Below the pieces are notes generated by a model that was given only the letters and a program-made list of their open reading frames with translations, made no database searches and was not told the DNA's origin. Shown piece by piece: positions 18,710 to 29,205 of a DNA stretch of 64,000 nucleotides. The stretch comes from Dehalococcoidia bacterium (GTDB lineage Bacteria > Chloroflexota > Dehalococcoidia > Lucifugimonadales > UBA3495). A program made the translations under genes and the position numbers. Numbering within the stretch: position 1 is the stretch's first letter; each line of letters starts with the position of its first letter. The DNA is taken from positions 4,948,071 to 5,012,070 of the forward strand of contig OZ250155.1 in assembly GCA_965237775.1 (NCBI GenBank), read 5' to 3'.

Positions 18710-19906
18710 ATGCCCGGTCCACTAGAAGGCAAGCACGTAGTCCTAGGCGTCACCGGGAGCATCGCCTGCTACAAAGCCATCGATCTGGCCAGCAAGCTAA
18801 CTCAGGCGGGAGCCCTGGTCGACACGGTAATGAGTTATGGGGCCACCCAGTTCGTCACTCCCTTGGCGTTCAGGAGCATCACCCACCGGGCCGTCATTAC
18901 CGACACCTATGACGCAAACTCCCAATTCAGCATCGAGCACGTGGCCCTCGCGCACCAAGCCGACGTGGTGGTCATCGCCCCCGCCACCGCCCACTGTATC
19001 GCCAAATTGGCCCAGGGGTTGGCCGACGACCCACTGACTACCACCATCATAGCCACCACCGCGCCCGTGATGGTTGCCCCTGCAATGGACGCCAACATGT
19101 TCGACAACCCCGCCACCCAGGAGAACGTGGCAACCCTCAAGCGCAGAGGCGTGGTGTTCGCAGGTCCGGCTCCCGGACGTTTGGCCTCTGGGTTGATGGG
19201 AATGGGAAGGTTGCTGGAGACGCCCGAACTGCTGGGCTATATCTCCTACACCCTGGGCAAGGACGCCGACCTCAAGGGCCGGAAGATCGTGGTCAGCGCA
19301 GGGGGCACCATGGAACCCATCGACCCCGTGCGCGTGATTACCAACCACTCTTCGGGCAAGATGGGCTACGCCATTGCAGAGGCCGCCAGGGACAGGGGAG
19401 CCGACGTTGTCCTGGTCGCCGCATCCACCGCCCTTCCCGACCCGCCCTTGGTCAACGTAGTGCGGGTCCAGACGGCCCAGCACATGTGCGACGAGGTCTT
19501 GCGGCAGGTGCGGAATGCGGACGCCCTGATAATGGCGGCCGCAGTAGCCGACTACCGGCCGGCCACAGAGGCCGACCAAAAGATAAAGAAGTCGGCGGAC
19601 GAGTTGACCATAGAGTTGGCCAAGACCACCGACATCCTTGAAGCGGCCAGGGGCAATTTCGTTAAGGTTGGATTCGCCGCGGAAACTCAGGACCTAATTC
19701 GCAACGCCAGGGATAAGGTTACCCGAAAAGACCTGGACCTAATCGTCGCAAACGACCTGACAGATCCGGAGGCCGGGTTCGGCGTGGATACCAACAAGGT
19801 CACCTTCATCGACAGAGACCTGAAGGTCGAGGAGTTGCCGGTGATGACCAAATACGAGGTCAGCCAACGAATCCTCGACCGGGTTGTGAAGCTGTTTCCC
19901 GCCTGA
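18710..19906 (+). CDS. coaBC: bifunctional phosphopantothenoylcysteine decarboxylase / phosphopantothenate-cysteine ligase
   Basis: VLGVTGSIACYKAIDLASKL, APAMDANM, NHSSGKMGYAIAEAA and AAAVADYRP. It lies directly downstream of coaX. Confidence 0.9.
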   Translation: MPGPLEGKHVVLGVTGSIACYKAIDLASKLTQAGALVDTVMSYGATQFVTPLAFRSITHRAVITDTYDANSQFSIEHVALAHQADVVVIAPATAHCIAKLAQGLADDPLTTTIIATTAPVMVAPAMDANMFDNPATQENVATLKRRGVVFAGPAPGRLASGLMGMGRLLETPELLGYISYTLGKDADLKGRKIVVSAGGTMEPIDPVRVITNHSSGKMGYAIAEAARDRGADVVLVAASTALPDPPLVNVVRVQTAQHMCDEVLRQVRNADALIMAAAVADYRPATEADQKIKKSADELTIELAKTTDILEAARGNFVKVGFAAETQDLIRNARDKVTRKDLDLIVANDLTDPEAGFGVDTNKVTFIDRDLKVEELPVMTKYEVSQRILDRVVKLFPA

Positions 19907-19923
19907 GGAGACCTTTGAATAAT

Positions 19924-20009
19924 CCCCTCTCCCGGAGGGAGAGGGTTAGGGTGAGGGCGTCCTCCGTATCTGAGCGCACTCTGGATTCTCGCTTTCGCAG
20001 GAGTCGCGG
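19924..20009. repeat. REP-like intergenic repeats (two families)
   Basis: CCCCTCTCCCGGAGGGAGAGGGTTAGGGTGAGGGC is related to copies at 33975, 34051 and 45677. CTGGATTCTCGCTTTCGCAGGAGTCGCGG is related to 32651-32680. Confidence 0.65.
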
Positions 20010-20045
20010 AAGGTTACGCTAAGGTCTCCCTGAGCGATTGTCGAG

Positions 20046-20912
20046 TTAACCGGAAACAGCGTCCTTGAACCGCCGAATGGCGTCAATATGTTGGTCCGGC
20101 CCCTCCAGCCCCGCGCGCATGGTATTCACCGACAGGTGAGTCGCGCCTATTTCCTCCCATGCGGCTGCGGCCTTGCCCCAGGAGTCCGCGTCTCCGCCCG
20201 CAATGCTGATCCTGCCCTCGATGCCGATGGACATCGGGTCCCTACCGGCAGCCTCGGCGTGTTGGCGCATCAGGGCGATCTTCTCCTGGCCCTCGCTATC
20301 AGGTTGGAACTGGGGGAACCAACCGTCACCCATTCGCCCAATCCTGCGGATAACCCGTTCGTGTCCTCCGCCAAACCAGATGGGTATGGGACGTTGCACT
20401 GGCAGGGGGTTGATCCCCGCATGAGTTACCCGGTGATAACGGCCCTCGAAATCGACGACCTCGTTGGTCCACAGTTCTCTAAGCAGCCGTACCTGCTCCA
20501 CGCTGCGGCGTCCCCGGTTTGCGAAGTCCTCGCCCAGGGCCTCGTATTCCACGTGGTTCCAGCCGATTCCGACTCCCAAGCGTAGCCGCCCGCCGGTTAA
20601 CAGGTCTACTTCAGCCGCCTGTTTGGCAACTAGGGCTGTCTGCCGCTGCCCCAAAATCAGGACTTCGGTGGTGAACTTGATCTTCTCTGTGACGGCGGCG
20701 AGGTAGCCGAATAGCACAAAAGGTTCATGAAACATGTCCGTCGACCGGTACGGCCGCTCCCAGTTGGGATGTTTGCTGGCGTCGGCCCCCAATACGTGGT
20801 CGAACACCGGCATGTCCTCGTAACCCATCGCCTCGGCGGCCTGGGTAAAGTCGCGGACACCGACCGGGTCGGACCCTATCTCTGTCTGCGGGAAAATGGC
20901 TCCAAGCTGCAT
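20046..20912 (-). CDS. LLM-class (luciferase-like) F420-dependent-type oxidoreductase
   Basis: The start was taken at MQLGAIFPQTEIG (20912). Typical segments: DHVLG, FTTEVLILGQRQTALVAKQAA, GGRLRLGVGIGWNHVEYEALG, FANRGRR. Confidence 0.8.
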   Translation of the reverse strand: MQLGAIFPQTEIGSDPVGVRDFTQAAEAMGYEDMPVFDHVLGADASKHPNWERPYRSTDMFHEPFVLFGYLAAVTEKIKFTTEVLILGQRQTALVAKQAAEVDLLTGGRLRLGVGIGWNHVEYEALGEDFANRGRRSVEQVRLLRELWTNEVVDFEGRYHRVTHAGINPLPVQRPIPIWFGGGHERVIRRIGRMGDGWFPQFQPDSEGQEKIALMRQHAEAAGRDPMSIGIEGRISIAGGDADSWGKAAAAWEEIGATHLSVNTMRAGLEGPDQHIDAIRRFKDAVSG

Positions 20913-21073
20913 AACTATCTCCTCCTCGGAATGTTGGACCCTCTCAAAAAGCAAGACAAGTATCCCGGCTCGTGCTTCCCCCGTCAACTCCGGACGGTGG
21001 ACAACTCAGCGCCGCCGACGTAGTATTTTCCCATCAATTCGCGAATCCCACCCAGGGGCAGGGAGACGTCCAA

Positions 21074-21931
21074 ATGAAGGTCAAACGGTTTGACTGCAAC
21101 CCAATCATCCACCTGAACTTGAGCCCAAGTCTGGACGGGAACGTCAACGGCCCTTCACTGATTGAAGCTCCGTCATGGCTACCGGACCCGCTTGGCAAAT
21201 ACTACCTTTACTTCGCGCACCATGCAGGCTCCTTCATCAGGCTGGCTTATTCCGACCACCTGGAAGGGCCATGGAACATCTACGAACCCGGGACCCTGCA
21301 GATCGAGCAGTCCCACTGTTACAACCACGTAGCCTCACCGGACGTCCATGTAGACGATGACAAACAGGAAATTCGCATGTACTACCACGGTTGGGTTGCC
21401 GATAGCGTGCAAAAGTCCAAGGTCGCCATATCCAGGGACGGTATTAACTTTGAAGCGTCCCCCGAAAGCCTGGGGCAACCATACTTCAGGGTGTTCCAAT
21501 GGCAGGGTTATCATTACGCAGTCGGAATGCCCGGCGTGTTCCACCGTTCCAAGGACGGATTGACCGCCTTCGAGGAGGGGCCGACGCTCTTCCCAAGCAA
21601 CATGCGTCACACCGCATTGGACATCGAGGCCGACACTTTGAAAGTCTATTACACCAACGCGGCGGACTCTCCAGAACGGATATTCCTCTCAACGGTCGAC
21701 ATTGGCGGCGACTGGACCGAGTGGAAGGCCACCGAGCCGGTGTTGGTGCTGGAGCCGGAGACTGAATACGAGGGAGCGGAGTTGCCCGCTGCGCCTTCAT
21801 CGCGTGGGCTGGTCCTGGAAAAAGTACGGCAGCTAAGGGACCCCGGCATCTACAAGGAGCGGGGCGATACTTACCTTCTCTATTCCATAGCCGGCGAACA
21901 GGGGATCGCGATCGCCCGGATCGAATCCTAG
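21074..21931 (+). CDS. hypothetical protein, possibly a GH43/GH32-like beta-propeller
   Basis: The start was taken at MKVKRFDCNPII. Segments such as NGPSLIEAP..KYYLYFAHH and IRMYYHGW loosely resemble beta-propeller glycosidase-fold proteins. The family is not confirmed. Confidence 0.5.
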   Translation: MKVKRFDCNPIIHLNLSPSLDGNVNGPSLIEAPSWLPDPLGKYYLYFAHHAGSFIRLAYSDHLEGPWNIYEPGTLQIEQSHCYNHVASPDVHVDDDKQEIRMYYHGWVADSVQKSKVAISRDGINFEASPESLGQPYFRVFQWQGYHYAVGMPGVFHRSKDGLTAFEEGPTLFPSNMRHTALDIEADTLKVYYTNAADSPERIFLSTVDIGGDWTEWKATEPVLVLEPETEYEGAELPAAPSSRGLVLEKVRQLRDPGIYKERGDTYLLYSIAGEQGIAIARIES

Positions 21932-21992
21932 CGGGCGTCAGCCCAGCGTTCCCATGGCTTGGGAAGCGGCTTGGGCGTAATTCCAGTACGTC

Positions 21993-22682
21993 ATGATCGA
22001 AGAACAAATAGGGATCACCGTCGGCAACACCAAGATCACGGCCATAAAGTCGGCTCCGAATTCAGGAGTTGCTAGAGGCGTGTTCATCTACGCACCGGGC
22101 GCGGGTTCCAATATTAACGACCCGTTCGGCCAACACCTGCATAGCCGCTTGCCTTGCGCCGGAATCGCCCTGGTCCGGTTCCAATTCCCATACATGCAAG
22201 CCGGGAAACGGAGGCCCGATGCGCCTCGGTTGCTGGAAGACACCTGGCGGCAGGTCCTTGGGCAAATACCCCTGGAACACCCCGTTGTGGTAATTGGAGG
22301 GAGATCAATGGGAGGCCGAATCGCTTCCCAGGTGGTCGCCCAGGGCGTCAGGGTCAGCGGCCTTGCCCTATTCGCTTACCCGCTTCGCCCCCCCACAAAC
22401 CAGTCCAAGGTCAGGAACGAACACTTGCCCAAGCTCGATGTCCCCACGCTTTTCTGTTCCGGGACGCGGGACAGTTTCGGAACGCCCGACGAACTCAGGG
22501 AGGCGGCCTCGTTGGTCTCGCAGTCGACGGTACACCTACTTGAGGGCGCCGACCACGGTTTCAAAGTTCTCAAGAGAAGCGGCAGGACTCAAGAGGAAGT
22601 ATGGGAGGAAGCGACCGCCTGTCTGGTGACGTGGTTTGTAACTGCTTCCCCCACCACGGAACCCCTCAGTCACAAAATCTAG
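21993..22682 (+). CDS. alpha/beta hydrolase family protein
   Basis: Nucleophile-elbow GGRSMGGRIAS, a GTRDSFG segment, and a C-terminal EGADHGF histidine motif. Confidence 0.7.
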   Translation: MIEEQIGITVGNTKITAIKSAPNSGVARGVFIYAPGAGSNINDPFGQHLHSRLPCAGIALVRFQFPYMQAGKRRPDAPRLLEDTWRQVLGQIPLEHPVVVIGGRSMGGRIASQVVAQGVRVSGLALFAYPLRPPTNQSKVRNEHLPKLDVPTLFCSGTRDSFGTPDELREAASLVSQSTVHLLEGADHGFKVLKRSGRTQEEVWEEATACLVTWFVTASPTTEPLSHKI

Positions 22683-22782
22683 CACAGCCCCAGTCGCGGA
22701 GTGTATAATAGACCGACGTTCCGGGACACGACTTGGACTATGAGTCAAAGGTTTCTTTCAGGTCCGGCGTCCTGGACAGTGA

Positions 22783-22857
22783 GCGGAAGTGGCTCAGTGG
22801 TAGAGCATCTCCTTGCCAAGGAGAGGGTCGTGGGTTCGAATCCCATCTTCCGCTCCA
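22783..22857 (+). tRNA. tRNA-Gly (anticodon GCC)
   Basis: Cloverleaf read by eye: acceptor GCGGAAG/CTTCCGC, D-arm GCTCAGTGGTAGAGC, anticodon stem-loop TCTCC-TTGCCAA-GGAGA, T-arm GTGGG-TTCGAAT-CCCAT, with an encoded CCA. Confidence 0.9.
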
Positions 22858-22946
22858 AATCTTAATCTCGGCCTCACCAAAGAGGCGCTGGTCAACCCCG
22901 CTCCCACGGGTCCCGCTGCCAGACTCCTCTCTACGGAGGTAAGCCT

Positions 22947-23444
22947 TTGCAGCTAATCTTCCGAGCATGCGCTGTCCTGGTGGTCATTTCCATATCGGCA
23001 TGCAGTAACTCTGCATCGCCCACATCTCAGACCCCAGGAACTCCCATTTCTACTCAAGATTCGGCAGACACTCTGGGAGCGGGGCAAACCGCGTTTGGAA
23101 TCGGACGGGAGTTGGAAGGCATCGACATCAAGATTGACGAGTGCGCGTGGTCTCAACCAGACGGCGGCGGTGACCCGGAGATAAACGTTACCTTCACCTT
23201 AAATAACGCCTCCGGCGAACAGCTATTCACCACCTACCGACTGCAAAACAGCTCCGGGACCATCTACAAAAAGGCGGGGGTCGGAGGGGACCTGACGGTG
23301 AACGACGGCGAATCCGGCGCTCGCACCCTCACCACAGACAAGTTCGACGTAGGCTCCGAGGACATCGACCTCGTCGTGTCCATCGAACGTTTCCAGGACC
23401 GCACTCACGAGACGGTTCCCGTTGGCCAATGCACGGGACCGTAA
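22947..23444 (+). CDS. hypothetical lipoprotein
   Basis: Signal peptide with lipobox-like VISISAC, followed by a Ser/Thr/Pro-rich linker. Confidence 0.55.
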   Translation: MQLIFRACAVLVVISISACSNSASPTSQTPGTPISTQDSADTLGAGQTAFGIGRELEGIDIKIDECAWSQPDGGGDPEINVTFTLNNASGEQLFTTYRLQNSSGTIYKKAGVGGDLTVNDGESGARTLTTDKFDVGSEDIDLVVSIERFQDRTHETVPVGQCTGP

Positions 23445-23466
23445 TCTGAGGGCTGATCATCCCCGC

Positions 23467-24288
23467 TCAATTCTTGATCAACATCCCCGGTTGGCAGTGG
23501 CGGCAATAGCTGGTAATGCGCTGGTTGGCGTTTAATTGGGTAATGTTCCCGCCGCAGCCGGGGCAGAGCTGCCCTCCCTTGCGGTGCACCTTTAGGAAGT
23601 CCCGAATCTTGACGTGTATAACGTCTCCCATTCGCTCTCGAAGGACTTCCCGCGCCTCTTCCACGACCAACCTGGACTGCTCATAAAGGCGGGCCTGGTC
23701 GTCCTTACTCAACGAACGAGCCTTGCGGAAGGGCGAGATACCGGCGGCGAACAGTATCTCGTCCGAGTAAGCGTTTCCAATCCCTGAGATAAACGCTCCC
23801 CGTGTGAGCACCCCTTTGATCTCACCGTGGAACCGCTTCAACCTGCTCTGAAACTCCTCGAACGCTATGCCTTCCAGAACATCCGGACCCTGTTCCTGCA
23901 GACGGGGCACCTCGGGTATCTGCTCTTCGGTCACATAGTAGACCAGCCCCATCTGCCGGTCGTCTAAGTACCTGAGCTCCGGACCGCCGTCCAGAGTCAG
24001 CGTAAAGCAAGTCTTCTTCAATACCCGGGCCGACGATTGGCAGTATTGGATTGCCCCGGTGAGCATCGGATTGACCACCAACCACCGCCGCCCCTCTAGT
24101 TCGCCCAGCAGGAACTTACCCCGCCGATGGAACTCCCCAATGGTGCGTCCCGCAACGTCGGACGGAAAATCGCCAGCCAGGGACCGGAGCACCGTGGGAC
24201 GCAGCACCTTGGCCGACGCCACCCGCTGTCCTTGGACTCGTTCGTTGAGGAACTCCTTGATGACTTCAAGGTCCGGCGCTTCAGGCAT
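23467..24288 (-). CDS. Fpg/Nei family DNA glycosylase (formamidopyrimidine-DNA glycosylase-like)
   Basis: N-terminal MPEAPDLEV (Pro2/Glu3), an H2TH region (ISGIGNAYSDEILFAAGISP), and a C-terminal zinc finger CPGCGG..CRHCQ. Confidence 0.85.
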   Translation of the reverse strand: MPEAPDLEVIKEFLNERVQGQRVASAKVLRPTVLRSLAGDFPSDVAGRTIGEFHRRGKFLLGELEGRRWLVVNPMLTGAIQYCQSSARVLKKTCFTLTLDGGPELRYLDDRQMGLVYYVTEEQIPEVPRLQEQGPDVLEGIAFEEFQSRLKRFHGEIKGVLTRGAFISGIGNAYSDEILFAAGISPFRKARSLSKDDQARLYEQSRLVVEEAREVLRERMGDVIHVKIRDFLKVHRKGGQLCPGCGGNITQLNANQRITSYCRHCQPGMLIKN

Positions 24289-24494
24289 GGTTACCTCCGA
24301 GCACCCATGGCGGTTCTATGGCTCTGTTAGGTCAAATATGGATAGCGATAGGCCCGATGTCAACCATACCAATAATATTGCGCGCCGCGCTCTGTACCAC
24401 TCCGACTCCAGGCGATATAATCACTGCGCCAACGGAGTTGCAGACTGAGATTCGGACTTGGCCAGTTAAAAGTCCTGTCAAGGGAGTAGATACC

Positions 24495-24944
24495 ATGCCA
24501 GACCGAAACCACACCTCCTGGGTTCACGGCACCACTATGCAGATCGAGTACCCCAACCGCGTTACGTCGGTGCGGCACACAGGCCCGTTCGTCCGCATCG
24601 AGGGCGCCGAAGGCCAAAATACGTGGGTCCACTTTCCCGTGCCCACTCCCGCCGTCGTCAACGGCACGAGGACCAAGGCCGACGCAGCCCTGGTCAGCTT
24701 CCGCACCCGTTCCCACGCCATCGTACACGAGGTCATAGTCTACGACGGAGAGAAACGCATCGCGGAGCACATGGACCTGGGACTAGAGGGAGACCACCTG
24801 GACGGCAGGTTTGAGATACCGGGTTCCCCGGAAGTCGATAAAGGCCTGAACATCACAGTGGGCGTCATGTTCAAGGACAAGGCTCCGGACACCCGCGCGC
24901 TTCAGATAGAGATCGTCGGGGCTGGGATAGAATTCGCCGGTTAG
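24495..24944 (+). CDS. hypothetical protein
   Basis: The start was taken at MPDRNHTSW; the ORF is open from 24318. Family not recognised. Confidence 0.45.
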   Translation: MPDRNHTSWVHGTTMQIEYPNRVTSVRHTGPFVRIEGAEGQNTWVHFPVPTPAVVNGTRTKADAALVSFRTRSHAIVHEVIVYDGEKRIAEHMDLGLEGDHLDGRFEIPGSPEVDKGLNITVGVMFKDKAPDTRALQIEIVGAGIEFAG

Positions 24945-24959
24945 CGGCCCGCTCCCTGC

Positions 24960-26243
24960 TTACATTCCGGCCAGGTGGAATATCCAGCCCAAAACCCCTG
25001 CGCCAACGATGGCCAGTGGGGCGGGAATGCGGAAAAACGTCACAGCCCCGAACGCCAGCAGGGCAATCGCCGCGTCCGCCGGTGTGTGTACCGCACGGTC
25101 CCAAAGAAGAAACACCGCCGCTACCACGAGTCCGATGGCGGTCGCATTGACCCCGGCCAACGTTGAACTCACCAGGGGACGGGTGCGGACTTTCTCCCAA
25201 AAGGGCAACACCGCGTAGATCACCAATATCCCCGGCAGAAAGAGCCCGGCGAAGGCTATCAACGCGCCGGGCACTCCCCAATGCACCGCGCCCAGGTACG
25301 CGCTGAAGCTGAACATCGGTCCCGGCAACGCCAGCATCAAAGCGAACCCGTCCAGAAATTCCTCTTCCGTCACCCAACCCGGCGTGACCACTTCGGTCAG
25401 CATCATGGGCAACACCACCTGCCCGCCGCCGAACACCAGAGACCCCATCCTGTAGTAGGACTCGGCCAACGCCAGTGGCGTCCAATCGAAGTAGGCCCTG
25501 GCCACTATCAGCCCGCCCAGCAGCCCGAAAAACAGCGCCAGCAGCAGTCCCCCCACCACCGGCGAAATCCCCAAGTTTGCCAGCGGACGGTCCGCAGTTT
25601 CCTCAACAGCCTGAGACTGTTGACCTCGCAAAGCAAGGGCGGTTACCAATCCTCCCGCGGCCAGCGCCGCCGGGAAAATCCAGGGTTGCCGCCATAACAC
25701 GGCAACCGCCGCCCCAAACAGCATCAACCCCATCGTCAATCGCGTGTTGATCACGACTCTCCCCAGCCTCCACGCCGCCTGCGCCACCAGAGCCACCGCC
25801 CCCGCCCCTACTCCATCCAACCACACTGGGCGGTTATCGGCTGAGAGAAACTGCGCAACCCCCAGTCCCGCCAACGCCATCACGATCACCGCCGGGTACA
25901 GAAAGCAGAAAAAGGCCAACAACCCGCCCAGCGGCCCCGCCCGCGCCGTCCCCACGGCCACGACCATCTGAGTGGAGGTGGGACCAGGCAACCCCTGGCC
26001 CAGACCCAGCAGCTCGACGAAGCGGCGGGCGTCCAGCCATTGCCTCCGCTCCACGAACCTCTCCTGGAGCAACGCTATGTGGGCCTGGGGGCCGCCGAAG
26101 GCAATCCAACCCAGCGGTAGGAACGCCCACACCACTTCCGCGAGACGCCGGCCGTAGGATGGCAAAGGCGGTGGAGAGCCGCCGCCCGCAGTGGCTTCGG
26201 TGGATAAGGCTCCTTCATCAGGTTGACGTGTTGGTTGTGGCAA
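24960..26243 (-). CDS. chrA: chromate transporter (two-domain ChrA)
   Basis: FLPLGWIAFGGPQAHIALLQERFVERRQWL..LGLGQGLPGPTSTQM, with a second repeat VFGGGQVVLPMM..ALPGPMFSF. Highly hydrophobic. Confidence 0.85.
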   Translation of the reverse strand: MPQPTRQPDEGALSTEATAGGGSPPPLPSYGRRLAEVVWAFLPLGWIAFGGPQAHIALLQERFVERRQWLDARRFVELLGLGQGLPGPTSTQMVVAVGTARAGPLGGLLAFFCFLYPAVIVMALAGLGVAQFLSADNRPVWLDGVGAGAVALVAQAAWRLGRVVINTRLTMGLMLFGAAVAVLWRQPWIFPAALAAGGLVTALALRGQQSQAVEETADRPLANLGISPVVGGLLLALFFGLLGGLIVARAYFDWTPLALAESYYRMGSLVFGGGQVVLPMMLTEVVTPGWVTEEEFLDGFALMLALPGPMFSFSAYLGAVHWGVPGALIAFAGLFLPGILVIYAVLPFWEKVRTRPLVSSTLAGVNATAIGLVVAAVFLLWDRAVHTPADAAIALLAFGAVTFFRIPAPLAIVGAGVLGWIFHLAGM

Positions 26244-26369
26244 TTTTCCTCCTGGTTTAGCCGCGGCTGCGCCATCTTGTGATGCCGCTTGCCGTCTCCG
26301 ATTAGGGATGATAACTTACCCGCAAACCACAGGCCTTTCGGAAGGAATGTTAAGGCTCGAGGAGTCGGA

Positions 26370-27867
26370 ATGACAACTTCAGGCGTCACCACACACAAGA
26401 ACTTCATTGGCGGCAAGTGGGTAGAGTCGGTCTCCGGACGGACCTACCAGGTGTATAACCCCGCGCACAAGACCGAGTCAGTTGGAGGATTCCAGACCTC
26501 CAATGCCGACGACGCCCTCACCGCGGTCGCCGCCGCCAAGGACGCCCTGGCCGGTTGGGCCAACACCCCAGCTCCGGTGCGCGCTGGCATACTGTTCCGC
26601 GCCCTGGAGATCATGGGCCGCAGGGCCGACGACATCGCCCGCACCATCACCGTCGAAGAGGGCAAACCCATCGGCGATGCCCAGGGCGAAGTGAAGCGGG
26701 CCATGAACATCATCGAGTATGCCGCCGGAGAGGGCCGGCGAATGTTCGGCTACACCACGCCTTCCGAACTCCCCAACACGGTAGCCTATACCATCAAGCG
26801 GCCCGTGGGAGTGGTTGGAATCATTACGCCTTGGAACTTCCCCATCGCCATCCCCACCTGGAAGATCGCCCCCGCCCTTATTTGCGGCAACGCCCTTGTA
26901 TTCAAGCCGGCGTCGTCCACTCCCCTCAGCGCGACCAAACTCGCAGAGGTGTTCGAGGAAGCCGGGCTTCCACCGGGAGTCCTGAACCTGGTAACCGGAC
27001 CCGGCGCACAGGTTGGCAACGCGCTGGTGGAAAGCCCGGACGTCAAGGGCATCTCCTTCACCGGCTCCACCGAAATCGGCACCGAACTCTACGGCAACGG
27101 CGCCCGGTTGCTCAAGAAGGTCCAGGCGGAAATGGGCGGCAAGAACGCGGTTATCCTGCTGGCCGACGCGGACATGGACAAGGCCCTGGGAGGCATAGTC
27201 CAGGGAGCTTTCGGCTCCACCGGTCAGCGTTGCACCGCAACCAGCCGCGTCATCGTTGAAGAGTCGATCTACGACGAGTTTATGCACGGCCTCATCGACC
27301 GCACCAGCAAGCTGAAAATCGGTGACGGCATTGACCCCTCGGTGGACGTTTCTCCGCTTTCCAGCCAGAGCCAGTACGATAAGGTGTTGGAGTACATCGG
27401 CGTTGGGACAGAAGAGGGGGCAAACCTGGCCTATGGCGGTAACGGCTTGACCAGCGGGGACTACGGCCAGGGTTTCTACATCGAACCCACGGTCTTCACC
27501 GACGTCTCTCCAAACATGCGGATCGCCAAGGAGGAAATCTTCGGACCAGTGCTAACCGTGTTCAAGGCCAAGGACCTGGAAGACGCGATACAGATATCCA
27601 ACAGCGTGGAATTCGGCCTTTCGTCCTCGGTCTACACCAGGGACCTGACCCGCGCGTTCGAGTACATCAACACTGTGGAGACCGGGATGGTCCATGTCAA
27701 CGCCCCCAACCCTCGGCGGCGAGGTCCACCTTCCCTTTGGCGGCCTGAAAGCCTCTGGCGTAGGCCAGCGGGAGCAGGGCACCGAAGCCTTCGACTTCTT
27801 CACCGAGACCATCACCGTGTACATAGATCACGCCGCATCAGCCCGCCAACAGGCCAGGTTTATCTAG
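26370..27867 (+). pseudogene. NAD(P)-dependent aldehyde dehydrogenase with an apparent +1 frameshift near the C-terminus
   Basis: ATG at 26370. ALDH motifs are present: ITPWNFP, FTGSTEIG, EMGGKNA, GQRCTA, KEEIFGPV. After GMVHVNAP (about 27703-27712, GCCCCCAACCC) the conserved continuation TLGGEVHLPFGGLKASGVGQREQGTEAFDFFTETITVYIDH lies in the +1 frame and ends with TAG at 27865-27867. The annotated frame instead gives an Arg/Pro-rich nonsense tail running to 27923. Confidence 0.7.
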
Positions 27868-28051
27868 GGCTTGCAGGTGGCGGGACCCGAATGCGTGACG
27901 TTACGTCATTGACAGATCTATGACCGCGACACGATCATGATGCCAAATGGACACGCCTTGCGTGACAGGTCCCACGCATCTTTGTATATAGATGCGCTTG
28001 TGCGGATCGCGCCGCATAATCCTTGAGGTGGAATCCCTCCGTCAGAAGAAA

Positions 28052-29205
28052 CTAAACTAAAGCCAAGGTGGGATGTGCAATTAGGGTGAGCCCGGAATCG
28101 GGCTGCGAGTGTCGCGGGAGACTTTCGGCCCATGATTGCAGGACGGTGCGGCAGCGCCGCTTCACCTCATCCTTCCGCTTGGCTAGCCCATCGAGGAAGT
28201 GATCGACCCTCTCCTGCACCTTGACCTTGCTGCCCAAGCACAGGTTTCCCGTCGCCTCCTCTCTGGCCCAGCCCCAGATGGCCTCATCGGCGTTGAAGTC
28301 CGGACTGTAGCCCGGCAGATTCACCAGCCTCAACGCCAGCCCCGGCGTCCGCAGATACTCCCTCACCGCCTCGCCACGGTGTGCCGGCGCGTTGTCCCAG
28401 ATCACGTTGAGCGGCCCAGAGTGCCTCTCCCTCAGTTGTGCCAGGAAGACGGCTGAGGTTCCGGAGTTGCTGTTCCCCTCCAGTTCCATCCATTCCACCT
28501 CGCCGGTCTCCAGGCAAACCGCCGAGTAGTAGCTGGCCTTCTCCCCATAGCGTGGGCTGCTGGAGTCCACCAAGGCCGACTCTCCCCTGAGCACCCATTT
28601 GCCCCGCAGTTCGGCGTCCGCCCGGAAGTGGGCCTCGTCGGCGAAGAATATCTTGGCCCCGGACCGTATGGCCTCCTCCGACAGGGCGGCGTACTGCGCT
28701 ACGAAAGCCTCCCGCTTGGCCTCATCCGCCTTGAGCAGATGCTTCTTGGGGCGCTTGAAGGCAAATCCCAAGCGGTGCAGATAGTTCAGGCAACTGCTGC
28801 GGCTCAAACTGACGTCAAACCGCTCCGAAACGAACTGCCGCACCACCTTCCAATACCAGTTGGACAGTTCGATGCCCGCCTGCTCCGGTAACTCCTCCAC
28901 CGCTGCCTTCAACTCCGCCTGTTGCGTCTCACCAAGGGCGGGGGGGAACCACCGGTCTGCTCGAATATCAAGGCTGCAGGCCCTCCCTCGCCGAAGGCGG
29001 CGGCCCACCGTCCTATGGTGTGTGGGTCCCGTTCCAGCGCCTCCGCCGTCCCTGATGCTGTCCAGCCCTGTGCCAGCAGCAAGATGGCGTACCACCGCTC
29101 CCGTTCCCTGGGCGTTGGCGCCAGAATCATCCGGCGGCGCAAGCCCTTGGCATCCATCTGCCATTGTTCCAGAAACCGCTCCATCTCCCTCACGCCCATC
29201 ACCAA
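28052..29205 (-). CDS. IS630 family transposase, two overlapping frames (needs a -1 shift in a C7 run)
   Basis: The HTH part is ORF 28909-29205 (..RWYAILLLAQGWTASGTAEAL..FEQTGGSPP). The DDE part is ORF 28052-29221 from ..PPALGETQQAELK.. (FADEAHF, VIWDNAPAHR, YSPDFNADEAIW). The frames overlap at a C7 run on the coding strand (G7 at 28940-28946). The stop TAG overlaps the proposed TA target duplication. Confidence 0.7.

Noticed and set aside
21074-21931. Firm assignment of this ORF to a glycoside hydrolase family.
   Set aside because: There is only a loose resemblance to beta-propeller glycosidases and no catalytic motif I can verify by eye. It is kept as a hypothetical protein.
28021-28045. 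Possible missing 3' half of tRNA-Ser (GGAATCCCTCCG contains TCCCTCC, the complement of the acceptor 5' strand).
   Set aside because: No proper T-stem or T-loop (TTCGAAT-type) precedes it and no CCA-like end follows. It is likely a chance 7-mer match.
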